A stretch of 64,000 bases of DNA from a virus (lineage: Duplodnaviria > Caudoviricetes), in the IMG/VR virus record IMGVR_UViG_3300011883_000002, positions 1 to 64,000 of that record, one strand, 5' to 3'. The notes beneath the pieces were generated by a model that was not told the DNA's origin, searched no databases, and saw only the letters and a program-made list of their open reading frames with translations. Of this stretch, positions 46,201-56,452 are shown piece after piece (position 1 is the first letter of the stretch; every line of letters begins with the position of its first letter). The translations under genes and the position numbers were made by a program.

Positions 46201-48059
46201 GCTTGTTTGATCAGCAAAGTGATACCTACGATTATTTAATGGGTAATGCGCTTGGTTTAAGTGGTATTGGTATGGAGGCCTTCTTCCAGGCTAAGGTGTT
46301 GGCTAAGGCATTGTCTGATCTTTATTTGAGTAAAGGTCCGGACGGAATGGCTTATAACGAGTCGAACTTGAAGAAAGCAGTAATCGACATTAATAAGAAG
46401 ATCGAGCGGCTTTTGGATAAGGTAGCAAAGGATGAGGCCACTACAACCTACAAGATAATGGTTATGGTTAAGGAGTACATGGGTATGGCTCAGAGGTCTA
46501 TGCTTGTTTCGATCCCTCAAGCGGTTGAGAACACGATGTCTGGTTATATTGCCCGGCTATACCAAAGGGTAGGGTATGCTTTTGATAAGTCTGATACGGC
46601 TGAATTAAGGAAGCACAGGAAGGAGCTTGCTCAGGCGGTAGCGGCAGATATAAACTTTAATGCCGGTTTAGAGTATGGGGAAATCAATAGCCCATTTCTA
46701 TCGAAGAGTAGGCTTATGGAAAGTATCAACACGGCCTCGGATAGCAAGTTATACCACTTCACTGCTTCGGCTGTGCTTGGGAGGGTATTCCTGGAAGCTG
46801 CGGATAGCATGCACAAAGTGGCATTGACTGAAAAGTTCTTTGTCTACAACCTGATTAAGGTTTTGAGAAAGAAGGGTATGTCTCGTGAGGCTGCTTTGCA
46901 TTATGTTTCTGAAAATCTTACTGGCCAGTCTTTCGAGGATGCTAAGGCTTCAGCTAAACAGATCATTGAGAAAGTGAATACTGATGCTAAGACGGAGGTT
47001 ATCCCAAATAACAAGGAGTCTATCTTCCGTCTTGCAAATGACATTGTAAAGGAGGCTTTGGTTCGGGGGGGTAAGCTGAACTTAGCTGAGGTAGATGCTT
47101 CTTTTGGTGCGGCTTATACAGGGGCTGGTTTTGAGCTTGGACATGAAGCAAATAATCCTTTATCAATGGCTGTTTCAACGGTGAGTTCAAACATTCAAAA
47201 CAAACTCAACCTAGCTATTAAGAATAAAGATTGGGCTCGTGCTACTGGCTACACGGCATTATCTATTACTTGGACTAACATTTTAAACCCTTTTGTGGGT
47301 GGTGGTACGAACTGGGCTTTTATTGCGATGGAAAAGGCTGGCGTTCCTACACTAATGACTTTTTACTACAATTTTATCGCAAGGAGTCCAGGGCAGAAAA
47401 TAGATTTAAGTACTGATGCTGGGATGAAGAATTTAGAAACCGCTTTACGGTATCAGATGATTGCTAAGAATGCGAATAATAGAGTGTTCTTGGGCGCCGC
47501 CCTGTCTGTGGCTACTTTCGTTGCGCTTAGTGCTTCTGGAGGCGATGATGATTTGGATAAGTGGACCAAAAAAAACGAATGGACAAAGCGGTACTTGAAG
47601 AAGATTGCACCTCCGGTAGTTCAGTATATGCTTGCTAATAAAAATAACAAGACTGGAGAGTTTATCGCAGGGCTTGGGAACATAAAAGCGCCAGCATTTG
47701 ACGAGAATAAGAAGGTTTGGGACGCTTTAATGGGTATTGACTCCCCCTCTGATGTTAAGTCTGCTAAGACCACTGGTGCTTTCGGAGATTTGCTTGGTAG
47801 CAGGCTTTCTACGCCAGTTATTCCTTACAGGATAGCTCGTGATGCTGAGAATATTTATCGTGGCTTACAGGGCGTAGAATTACGTAATTCAGAGTTTAAG
47901 ACTTCAGGGTTCTTTAATGGATTTTTTAAAGGTGGGCTTGTAGATTATTTAGGGTTACGTGATAAGTATTTTAAATCTGCCCCAAAGAAGTTGACATCTG
48001 AGGATATAAGGAAGATCATTGAAAAGGCTAAAGCAAAAGCTAAAAAGGATCGAGAATAG
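40268..48059 (+). CDS. giant internal virion / polyvalent ejection protein; 5' end out of frame at A10 (40345-40354)
   Basis: ATG 40268 gives MEDELLPPPPRKK...LPLPPPKKK; the long ORF is in the +1 frame; removing one A joins them. Confidence 0.8.
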
Positions 48060-48072
48060 AAATAATACTGAG

Positions 48073-48124
48073 AACGTGGCCAGATTTGAGCCACGTTTTT
48101 TGTATATGCGTATTTGTATCTTTG
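48073..48124 (+). terminator. terminator followed by -7 promoter box
   Basis: AACGTGGC/GCCACGTT plus T tract; TATCTTTG at 48117-48124. Confidence 0.85.
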
Positions 48125-48141
48125 AATAAAAGAAAATAGAT

Positions 48142-48654
48142 ATGGCTACTCCTAAATTGGATTTCAAAGTTGATTATGATCCTGCTGATCAAAAAAGACT
48201 TCTTTTCACAGATTTAACAGAGTTTGATGAAGAAACAACTTTTCTTTCTCGGAGTTGGACGGTTACAAAGTCTGACGGATCATCTGTAGAGGTTTTACCT
48301 GAGGAACCTGCTGATGCTTTTGCTGTGATGGAGCTTGAAGGTGATCACGCTTTGGTGGTGCGACTTAATATCAATAAGGTTGGAAATAGTTCCGGATACG
48401 GTAAGTCACGTAACGTCTTAGCAAGTAAAGACCTTTATCGTGGTGTAAATGAAGCGAGGAGGTTATTGATTGCTAGTGAAGGGAAGCGCAAGCGGTCTGA
48501 TGTAGATAATCTGATCTATTACATCACCATGGCCGACGAGAACCATGAAGGGGCTAAGAATATGATTTCTATTGATGTCCTGGCAGCTCAGAAGCATTTG
48601 GATTTTGGCAATGGCTTTATTTTAAAGTGTAAAGATTTTATCTCATGGGTGTAG
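48142..48654 (+). CDS. tail-module protein
   Basis: First ORF of tail-fibre operon. Confidence 0.6.
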   Translation: MATPKLDFKVDYDPADQKRLLFTDLTEFDEETTFLSRSWTVTKSDGSSVEVLPEEPADAFAVMELEGDHALVVRLNINKVGNSSGYGKSRNVLASKDLYRGVNEARRLLIASEGKRKRSDVDNLIYYITMADENHEGAKNMISIDVLAAQKHLDFGNGFILKCKDFISWV

Positions 48655-50225
48655 AAATTCAATATGGTGCAGATGTAGATATTCTGGTAAAGCCTACGAA
48701 GGTTATCCAGTTTGTCGGCAAGAATGGAGAAGATGGAAAGGATGCTGACTTTGATCCAGGTATTCTAGCAGGCTTTATATCTAAAGAGGAGGCTTATGAT
48801 CGGTTTTCTCTTTTTGAAGCGTCTATACGGCTTAATTCTGAGGAAATAGAACTGAAGGTGTCCAGGCAGGAGTTTAACGACTTGGGCATACGGTTAAGCA
48901 ATGCTGAGACGAGTATTGTTCAAAATGCCTCATCAATCTCTTTGAAGGCTTCTAAGGATGAGGTAAATGATTTAGGGCAACGAGTATCCCTTGCAGAGTC
49001 GAGCATCGTACAGACAGCTAATTCAATTAATTCAAAGGTTTCGTTGACTGCGTTCAATGAGTACGCTGGGCAGGCCAATACACGGTTTTCTAGTATTGAA
49101 CAAAGTGCCTTTGGTATAATTCAGATAGTGGAAGGCTTACCGACTAAGGAGTATGTTGATGTTAAAATAGGTGAGAATAACACTTCTGTCTTTTCTGTTT
49201 ATAATACTAGGATTGTTCAGTTAGAGAATCAAATTGCTTTAACAGCAACTAAAGAAACGGCCGATTTATTAGGATCAAGAATGGCGACGGCAGAAGCCTC
49301 TATCATTGTTCAGTCGGGCCAGATACAAAATAAGGTTAATGTATCTACCTATAATAGCCTTCAAGATCGGGTAAGTACTGCTGAGAGCTTAATAACCCAA
49401 ACTTCTACTCAGATTAGTCAAAAGGTTTCTCAAAGCGATTTCAATGGGCAAACGTTGGTTTCGTTAATTAATCAAACATCTTCTGCTATTAAGATTCAAG
49501 CAAAGAACATAGACTTAATAGGCATTACCACTGCTAAGTATTTTAGGACTGCATCATCTGGCCGCAGAATTACTATTAATGAAGGCGACGACAACGCTAT
49601 GAAAATAAGGTATGAAAATGGTGTAGTTGGATTAGAGGCTGCAGTTACTTCTGAAGATGAGGTCAAGCTGTTATTTAGAAATAAACAGGGGGAAATTATT
49701 TGGGAAGCCGGTAAGTCGGGATTCGTTTATTTTAGAGAAATTCTCGAAAGCTGGTCTTTGAGGTTTCACAGGTTGGTTGGGATATTGCCGGACGATAGTG
49801 GGTTCTATGATTTAAATGGAAATCTTACGTTTAACGGTGAGCAATTAAGGAGTATGGCTCAATCGACTTCTACCACAGGTCTTGCGGTTCGCGGGGCTCG
49901 TATAACGATAACAGGTCCAGATGGGCAACTTTATGAGCATAGACAATATATTTTAAACACAAGTCAGTTCGCTTCGGATTACGAATATAACTCAGGTCAA
50001 AATCTTAATTCAGCGGCTAATGCTCAGTATAACGGTATACATTTAGATCAAGAGACAGCATCTCCTTTTGTTCAGGATGGATGGTATCTTACTAACGGAA
50101 CGGGTTATACTTGGGTCCCTCAAGGTGGCTATATCCTTCAGTATGAGGTTGTGGCTATAAAAGACGGAAAACAGTTGGGGACTATTCAAGGTCAAATTGA
50201 TGGATTAACATTAGCAAATAATTAA
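48645..50225 (+). CDS. tail fibre/needle-like protein with gp58-like helical repeats
   Basis: Repeats SIVQNASSISLKAS, SIVQTANSINSKVS, LITQTSTQISQKVS, LINQTSSAIKIQA. Confidence 0.65.
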   Translation: MGVEIQYGADVDILVKPTKVIQFVGKNGEDGKDADFDPGILAGFISKEEAYDRFSLFEASIRLNSEEIELKVSRQEFNDLGIRLSNAETSIVQNASSISLKASKDEVNDLGQRVSLAESSIVQTANSINSKVSLTAFNEYAGQANTRFSSIEQSAFGIIQIVEGLPTKEYVDVKIGENNTSVFSVYNTRIVQLENQIALTATKETADLLGSRMATAEASIIVQSGQIQNKVNVSTYNSLQDRVSTAESLITQTSTQISQKVSQSDFNGQTLVSLINQTSSAIKIQAKNIDLIGITTAKYFRTASSGRRITINEGDDNAMKIRYENGVVGLEAAVTSEDEVKLLFRNKQGEIIWEAGKSGFVYFREILESWSLRFHRLVGILPDDSGFYDLNGNLTFNGEQLRSMAQSTSTTGLAVRGARITITGPDGQLYEHRQYILNTSQFASDYEYNSGQNLNSAANAQYNGIHLDQETASPFVQDGWYLTNGTGYTWVPQGGYILQYEVVAIKDGKQLGTIQGQIDGLTLANN

Positions 50226-50226
50226 T

Positions 50227-50520
50227 ATGGAAGAGAAAATGAAAACAGTTAACCTACTTGAGTTGGAGGTGAAAGATTTGGGAGGTGAAAACGCAATAAG
50301 TGCTATTGCTGTTGGTCGTGGTATAGGGGAGTCTATATATTCTGGCATGAGTGGGTTGGCGTGGTTAAATGTGGCGCAAGCGTTTCATGGTTTGAAACCA
50401 ATAGATTTGTCTACTACTGAAATTGCGACTTTGATAAAGTTTGTTAAAAGCGATAACTGTGGTCTGTTCCTTATGGTGAAGGTTCCTCTTATCGCATATT
50501 TAGAAAATCTAATCTCTTAA
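50227..50520 (+). CDS. small tail-module protein (possible chaperone)
   Basis: Position. Confidence 0.55.
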   Translation: MEEKMKTVNLLELEVKDLGGENAISAIAVGRGIGESIYSGMSGLAWLNVAQAFHGLKPIDLSTTEIATLIKFVKSDNCGLFLMVKVPLIAYLENLIS

Positions 50521-50522
50521 CG

Positions 50523-51197
50523 ATGACTGATGAAGAAATGGCCTTGGTTAGCTTTGGGCAAAGAAAAGCTACTGCATCTATGGTTCTTGAAATGAGCGAG
50601 CGTGTTGCTTACGGAGAGGATGTAGATGCTTTATATTTCCGATTGAAGCAGATACGCCAGTTGAATAAGCTGTTTGATTTTGAGATCGGTAATCCTTACA
50701 CAGCTCCTGACGAGGCTATTCTTCTCGATGTTCTAAACGAGGTTAATTTCCTGCTTGGGGATTATGTGTGGGAGGGGGATAAGGTATTGTATGAAGATAT
50801 TATTCTACCGCTACCGGCTCAAAAGGTCATCATAAGAGTTGTAGGCGATGGTAGCGGTATTGAGCTTCCTCCGGTGGAGCCAGGTAATTACGTCACAACA
50901 CTTAGTCTTTCTAAAGGGGCGTTCACTCCTGACTACACGTATGTCAATTACGGCTTGAAAGATGTGGCGTTTACATTGACCATATCGGGTGGTATTCAGC
51001 TTCGTCCAGGTGTGGATTATGTAATATCTCCAGCTGGAGGGTTTCAGTTGATCAATGGTGTGGCTATGGCATCTTCAGATATAATCACGCTTACTGCTGT
51101 CACTCCATTTGGCTCCGTTCCTTCTGTACCGGAGAGCCCTGGGAATGGGATGAGGTATGTTCAAGACGATTATGTGGAGGATAATTATGTGGAGTAA
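50523..51197 (+). CDS. tail-module protein ending in YVQDDYVEDNYVE
   Basis: Helical N-terminus, Ig-like C-terminal part, terminal Tyr pentapeptide repeat. Confidence 0.6.
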   Translation: MTDEEMALVSFGQRKATASMVLEMSERVAYGEDVDALYFRLKQIRQLNKLFDFEIGNPYTAPDEAILLDVLNEVNFLLGDYVWEGDKVLYEDIILPLPAQKVIIRVVGDGSGIELPPVEPGNYVTTLSLSKGAFTPDYTYVNYGLKDVAFTLTISGGIQLRPGVDYVISPAGGFQLINGVAMASSDIITLTAVTPFGSVPSVPESPGNGMRYVQDDYVEDNYVE

Positions 51198-51198
51198 G

Positions 51199-51306
51199 GT
51201 GTGGCAGTTCTTTTTCGGCTGGTTGTCGGGGAAGGAAAAGGAGAAAGGGGATTACATCAAATCAAATTACGTTAAGTCAAATTACACTAAAAGCAAAAAG
51301 CCATGA
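51199..51306 (+). CDS. 35-aa microprotein with DYIKSNYVKSNYTK repeat
   Basis: GTG start 1 nt after the upstream stop; ATGA overlap with next gene; fills the gap exactly. Confidence 0.55.
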   Translation: MWQFFFGWLSGKEKEKGDYIKSNYVKSNYTKSKKP

Positions 51307-52121
51307 ATATCACTTTATTATTAAGAACGGTACTTGGGAGGGAACTTGAATGGGAGGAGTTGGATAACAACTTTCGGAACATTAAGTCTGCGATTGATAC
51401 TGTTGAAGAGTCTACCGGTACAAAAATTACCAGCGAACAGGCTCGTGCTATTGCGATAGAGGAGTTGAATACTCTTATTGGTGCGGCTCCAGGTCAACTG
51501 GCTACTCTTGAAGCATTGGCAGATGCTATTGGTGACGATCCTAACTTCGTAGGGACGATTACAAGTCGCTTGGGGCAGATGGATGTGGCTATTGCAAATA
51601 AGATCAACACAAGGGCTGGATATAGCCTTATTTCCGATGCAGAGATCAATAGGCTGAAGGATGTTAAAAACTTTGATGCGTCTGCTTACCAACTTAAAGA
51701 TCCAAACAAAGGTATGGTTGCTTTAACCGAGATCGCTCGTTTGGCCGGAGTGACCAATCAAGATATAAGTGGCAAAGCTGATATTCAGGCTAAATTCTCT
51801 ACTGACTTAACTGTTCGGTTTGAAGATGAATACATTTTTGGCAAGAACTCGGCTCCTGTGAATGGGAATGTGACTTTGGATCTGTTTGATACAACTAAAC
51901 CGGCTAAGCTGGGTGTGGTGTCGATGATGCATCATAGGAACGCTACAGTTGCTCCGTCATTTGTTATGAGTTCTAAGGCTGGGTTTGCTGCTACAAAGGT
52001 TGTTACGCTTGGTGGTGAGTATAAGCCAGGTGTTGTAAATCATATTTTCTTTATGCTTACAGAAATTCCTACTTCGACTGCAGGTGGGGTGGTTGCAGTA
52101 GTTTACAAACAAGCTAAGTAA
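51303..52121 (+). CDS. tail fibre protein
   Basis: RELEWEELDNNF N-terminus; LIGAAPGQLATLEALADAIGDDPNF fibre motif. Confidence 0.75.
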   Translation: MNITLLLRTVLGRELEWEELDNNFRNIKSAIDTVEESTGTKITSEQARAIAIEELNTLIGAAPGQLATLEALADAIGDDPNFVGTITSRLGQMDVAIANKINTRAGYSLISDAEINRLKDVKNFDASAYQLKDPNKGMVALTEIARLAGVTNQDISGKADIQAKFSTDLTVRFEDEYIFGKNSAPVNGNVTLDLFDTTKPAKLGVVSMMHHRNATVAPSFVMSSKAGFAATKVVTLGGEYKPGVVNHIFFMLTEIPTSTAGGVVAVVYKQAK

Positions 52122-52123
52122 CT

Positions 52124-53815
52124 ATGAGTACGCTGAGAAGAATGCTTATGGCGGCTTTGGAGGATGTAGTTACCGCACCAGTTGATCCTACGCTACCAAT
52201 TTTGGATACGCTTAAAATGTACAAGCAGGAGAAGGGGTATCCTTTTGGCTTTACTGAAAAACGGAATGTTAACGAGGCTTCTTACATTAAGCTTTTCGAT
52301 ACACATGCCAGTATTGCATCAACGGAGAACGTGATGAAGTTTGGTGCACTGAGGAATAAGACTACTGGAGCATACGAATGGGGTGAAGCTGACGAGTTTG
52401 TCGCTAAGTGCACAGCTAAAGGCTGGCAAATGCACTTGCACGCTTTCCTTTGGTTCAATGATATGCCTCCGTTCATTTCTAAGTTTGAGAACGATCCAAA
52501 TGCCTATCAGATTTACAAAAACTTTGCTGAAGATCATATAACAACTGTTCTTACCCGGTACAAGGGGAAATTCAAGACTTGTGACGTAATTAACGAGCAG
52601 GTTGCTGATAATGGATCAGAGGTTACTTCAGCGTGGTATAAGGTTCTGGGTGATGATATGTATGAGATTGCGTATGATGCGGCTCACAAGGCTGATCCTG
52701 CACTGTTGTTGGGATACAATGATTGGGGGTTAGAAACTGGTAATATGAACCGTAGTAATAGGGTTCTTGCGATTAAAAACCGTCTGGCCGCTAAGGGTAT
52801 TCCAATCCACTTTATCGGTTTCCAAATGCACACCTTCTTAGGATTGGATATTGACACCGCTCGTAGCCGATTTAAGTTTTGGGTTGACAATGGGATGAAG
52901 GTTATGCTGACCGAGCTTGATGTTAAAACCAAAGGAGCCGGACGTGGGCCGGTTAAGTACGGAGAAATATACACGCCTGAAATGGCTATGGAGTCTGCGA
53001 GGACATTTGTGGATATTCTCGATGCCATGGAGAAGGGGGCTGGACTTGAGAACATCTTGGGCGTTATTATGTGGTCCACCTCAGATAAGCCTGGAGAGAA
53101 CTTCGAGAACCTGAAGGGTCTTATCCATCACCTTACTCTTTTCGATCAGTATAGAGAGCCTAAGCTGTCTTACTATTACGTTATGGATCGGTTAAGAAGA
53201 GTCCCAGATAACAGTGAGATCTTTCAGGACTTTGAGCTGGGTGATATTTCAACAACAAACTTCATAGGGAGTAAAACTCAGGGTACTCGGCCAGCTACCT
53301 GGAGAATGATCAGTACAGATTCCGCAGCGAGAGCTCGTGTGAACTTTCAGGGGTTGGGAATGTCGCAGACTCAGGTCAATGTCTTTAACCATGTAGTCGT
53401 TGAAGGTTCTTCTGCAGATTTTAAATTGGAGTCCAGGGCAGGGTTCATTTACAACAACGATGCACGTGTCCTACACTTGGTTTTTAGAATGGTGGATCAA
53501 AACAATATGTATTCAGTACAGGCTTACAAGAATGGTTCAACGGATGTATGGCGGCTGGTTAAGCGGAAGAACGGACAGGATGTTGCGTTGCATACATCGA
53601 ATATAAAGCCTATTTGGGGCGATCTGTTGACTGTTGAGGCTGTGGGCGGTAGGATAACCTATACTGTGGAGAATATCACTGGTGTAAAACAGACTGCAAC
53701 CGTAACTGATACAGATTTCTCAACTGCAAAATTAGTGGGCTTTAAATTCAAAGGACACTTTAATGCGGACAAGTATTCTCGCATGAAGGGCTTAAAATAC
53801 AATCCAATAAAATAA
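52124..53815 (+). CDS. GH10 (endo-xylanase-like) glycoside hydrolase with C-terminal beta-sandwich
   Basis: TENVMK, HAFLW, DVINE (acid/base), YNDW, IGFQMH, LTELDV (nucleophile). Confidence 0.9.
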   Translation: MSTLRRMLMAALEDVVTAPVDPTLPILDTLKMYKQEKGYPFGFTEKRNVNEASYIKLFDTHASIASTENVMKFGALRNKTTGAYEWGEADEFVAKCTAKGWQMHLHAFLWFNDMPPFISKFENDPNAYQIYKNFAEDHITTVLTRYKGKFKTCDVINEQVADNGSEVTSAWYKVLGDDMYEIAYDAAHKADPALLLGYNDWGLETGNMNRSNRVLAIKNRLAAKGIPIHFIGFQMHTFLGLDIDTARSRFKFWVDNGMKVMLTELDVKTKGAGRGPVKYGEIYTPEMAMESARTFVDILDAMEKGAGLENILGVIMWSTSDKPGENFENLKGLIHHLTLFDQYREPKLSYYYVMDRLRRVPDNSEIFQDFELGDISTTNFIGSKTQGTRPATWRMISTDSAARARVNFQGLGMSQTQVNVFNHVVVEGSSADFKLESRAGFIYNNDARVLHLVFRMVDQNNMYSVQAYKNGSTDVWRLVKRKNGQDVALHTSNIKPIWGDLLTVEAVGGRITYTVENITGVKQTATVTDTDFSTAKLVGFKFKGHFNADKYSRMKGLKYNPIK

Positions 53816-53838
53816 CGACTTTTATAAAAAATTAAAAC

Positions 53839-54096
53839 ATGGGAACATTAGCAGGAACATCGGAGGCTAATTTAGTTGTAACATCGAGAGAGTCTTTTGA
53901 AAAGGAGTTGGGAATACCAATAATTGATGATTTGACTTTATTGGTTGATACAGGAAGAATAGCTGTAGGCCCAAATGATAATATTTGGTATACAACGAAA
54001 GATGGGGAGGTTAGAGAGATACAAGCTAGTAGCTTCGATATTTTGGATGGAAATGGAGACACTTTAAACGATATAACAGACGGAAATGGGAACTAA
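53839..54096 (+). CDS. hypothetical tail-module protein
   Basis: ORF overlapping the tailspike start. Confidence 0.55.
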   Translation: MGTLAGTSEANLVVTSRESFEKELGIPIIDDLTLLVDTGRIAVGPNDNIWYTTKDGEVREIQASSFDILDGNGDTLNDITDGNGN

Positions 54097-56299
54097 ATTA
54101 ACTAGAATACAACAGAAAAGGAAAACTGCTGATGAATGGTCTCAGTCAAGTGAAATACTTTTGGATGGGGAAGTTGCTGTCGTGAAGGACGGAAACAATC
54201 GAATGATTAAAATTGGCAACGGTTTAGATCCAGCCTCAGTGCTTCCTGATTTTATTTCGGGATCCGAAGTGATACCAAGATATCCTAAAGAAGAAAATAA
54301 TGGTGAATTGTTTTTGGATGGCGTATTGTCTGAGGATGGTACTAAAATATTAAACAACTACGATAGGTTTACTGGGACTCCATTTAACGGGACTATATAT
54401 CAATCTCTGCCTTCTGGGGCTACAGTTGATAATGCAATTTGGTTCAAAAATAAAATTGAATTTGGCGGTGGGTTCTCTAAAAGAGATTATTCTGGATATA
54501 TAGATATAAGAATTTTTGGAGTTAAAGGCGATAGCGCTACTATAAATTCCTCTTTATTTCAGAAAGCTATAGATTCATTTAACGGTTCAAGTGTTATATT
54601 TTACATACCAAAAGGAATTTATCTTATCAATGCCAATATCAAGCTAAAAAGTAATGTTTCTATTATCGGTGAGGGATATGATAGTGTTCTTAAATCTAAT
54701 ACACCAAATCTTAGGATATTTCAAAACCTAAATAGGGCTGAAACGATGATAGGACAGTCCTTAATTGACCAAAACATCAGTATTGAAAATTTTAGAATTG
54801 ATAACAATAGATCGGCAGGAACAGATGAAAACTCACATTGCCTTGATCTTAGGTACATTAAAAACCTGAAGGTTAGGAATATGTGGCTCACTAATGCTTT
54901 TGGTGACGGCATATACTTTAGAGGTTGCGATGGCGTATCTGCATTAGATATTGAATTGGACAATATTAAAAGGCAAGGAATTTCTGTTACTTCCGGTAAA
55001 AATTATGTTATCAGAAACGTTAACGGAACAAATATAGATGCTCACAATCTTGTTGATATAGAGCCTAATCCTGGCGACTTAATAGACAACGTGGAGGTTC
55101 ATAACGTTAAAGTTATTAGCGGAGACTGTGTAAGTCCATTGAATATGTATGGTGATATTAGAGGGCAGGTTAAAAACATAACTGTTGATACTGCCATAGG
55201 TAAAAGTGTAAATATAGTTGGAGTTAAAAACGGTTCAGTTTCTAATATGTTTTTGAGTTCAATATCTACGCAAGCCGCTTTTACCGTATTTAGGTCTGAA
55301 GATATAACACTACAGAACATAAACGTAGACGGGTCATTAGTAGACTCTCATAAAGTTGTATTTTCCAATGTAGCAAGAGTTAAAGGTAGCGGGATAATCA
55401 TTAAAGGATTCCCAAGCGGGAACACGAATATAGCGATGGATATTATTGATACCGATAACTTAGTTCTAAATGATGTTGATATTAAAGATGGTGGTTTATT
55501 TGGCGTAAGAACAAGGAACTTTAAAAACGTAACTATTAATAATATAACAGTAGATGGTGCGTCCACATACGCATTAGCATCTGTACCTACAGTTTTAAGT
55601 GAAAAACTAAGAGTTACAGGGCTAGTAGCTAAGAATGTTCCTACTGGAATTTACTTGCTGGGGTTACATACTGATGTTTATGTTGATGGTGATTTATCTG
55701 AATGTACTACCAAAATAAATAGGCATAGTTCATTTAGCGGAAATCTATCTGTTGGAACTGTGGTTGGTATTAAAAGGAAAAGTTACGGAACGGCAGCACC
55801 AACTACTGGAACATGGAATGTTGGAGATATTTACGAATCGCTTACCACAATAGAAGGTGGTATAATGGGTTGGGTATGTGTTGCGTCAGGATCTCCTGGC
55901 ACATGGCTACCTTACGGGAATATAGGCGTTGATTTAGGCAAAAGAACGTTTGGAACAACGGCACAAAGACCTACAGTAACAACTACCGGATACAGATACT
56001 TTGATACTACTTTAGGTAGGGCTATAACATGGACCGGTACAGTTTGGGTAGACGTGAATTACGGCCCGGCCACTACAACTGATTTTGGATTAGTTAGAAA
56101 AGTTGCAGTCTTGGTAGCTCCACAACAGACCGCAATGGTCAAAACATCACCATCAGCAGCAGCTACATATACCCAAGCAGACATACAAAAGATGGTTGAT
56201 GATATAACAACTTTGCAAACTAAACTAAATGCTGTTATAACTTTAGAAAATGAGTTAATAAACAGAATGGTTAATGCGGCAATGATCCAAACAACATAG
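54086..56299 (+). CDS. tailspike with right-handed beta-helix (pectate-lyase-3-like) depolymerase domain
   Basis: Mtd-N-like RKTADEWSQSSEILLDGE; IDIRIFGVKGD...FQKAID...IPKGIY; beta-helix repeats; C-terminal GTTAQRPT...YFDTTLG. Confidence 0.85.
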   Translation: MGTKLTRIQQKRKTADEWSQSSEILLDGEVAVVKDGNNRMIKIGNGLDPASVLPDFISGSEVIPRYPKEENNGELFLDGVLSEDGTKILNNYDRFTGTPFNGTIYQSLPSGATVDNAIWFKNKIEFGGGFSKRDYSGYIDIRIFGVKGDSATINSSLFQKAIDSFNGSSVIFYIPKGIYLINANIKLKSNVSIIGEGYDSVLKSNTPNLRIFQNLNRAETMIGQSLIDQNISIENFRIDNNRSAGTDENSHCLDLRYIKNLKVRNMWLTNAFGDGIYFRGCDGVSALDIELDNIKRQGISVTSGKNYVIRNVNGTNIDAHNLVDIEPNPGDLIDNVEVHNVKVISGDCVSPLNMYGDIRGQVKNITVDTAIGKSVNIVGVKNGSVSNMFLSSISTQAAFTVFRSEDITLQNINVDGSLVDSHKVVFSNVARVKGSGIIIKGFPSGNTNIAMDIIDTDNLVLNDVDIKDGGLFGVRTRNFKNVTINNITVDGASTYALASVPTVLSEKLRVTGLVAKNVPTGIYLLGLHTDVYVDGDLSECTTKINRHSSFSGNLSVGTVVGIKRKSYGTAAPTTGTWNVGDIYESLTTIEGGIMGWVCVASGSPGTWLPYGNIGVDLGKRTFGTTAQRPTVTTTGYRYFDTTLGRAITWTGTVWVDVNYGPATTTDFGLVRKVAVLVAPQQTAMVKTSPSAAATYTQADIQKMVDDITTLQTKLNAVITLENELINRMVNAAMIQTT

Positions 56300-56305
56300 G
56301 GTATT

Positions 56306-56374
56306 ATGGCACTATTCGACATATTTAAAAAAGGTCTAACTTCTGCTGATCGTAAGGAGTTAGACCAAAAGTAA
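56306..56374 (+). pseudogene. 22-codon gene remnant after the tailspike
   Basis: MALFDIFKKGLTSADRKELDQK* ends just before the terminator. Confidence 0.35.
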
Positions 56375-56379
56375 AACAC

Positions 56380-56409
56380 AGCACCTACACATAAAGTAGG
56401 TGCTTTTTT
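56380..56409 (+). terminator. intrinsic terminator
   Basis: AGCACCTAC/GTAGGTGCT plus T tract. Confidence 0.85.
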
Positions 56410-56452
56410 GTTCCCTATGATTTCCTACCTTTATTGTATTAAAAATTACCGC

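Noticed and set aside
38877-48059. crAss-type virion RNA polymerase
   Set aside because: No DxDxD/DFDGD catalytic motif seen in the large proteins; host-type promoters are abundant. A profile search is still advisable.
48142-56299. Diversity-generating retroelement or invertible shufflon for tail fibres
   Set aside because: No reverse transcriptase, template/variable repeat pair, invertase or inverted crossover sites seen, despite the Mtd-N-like start of the spike.
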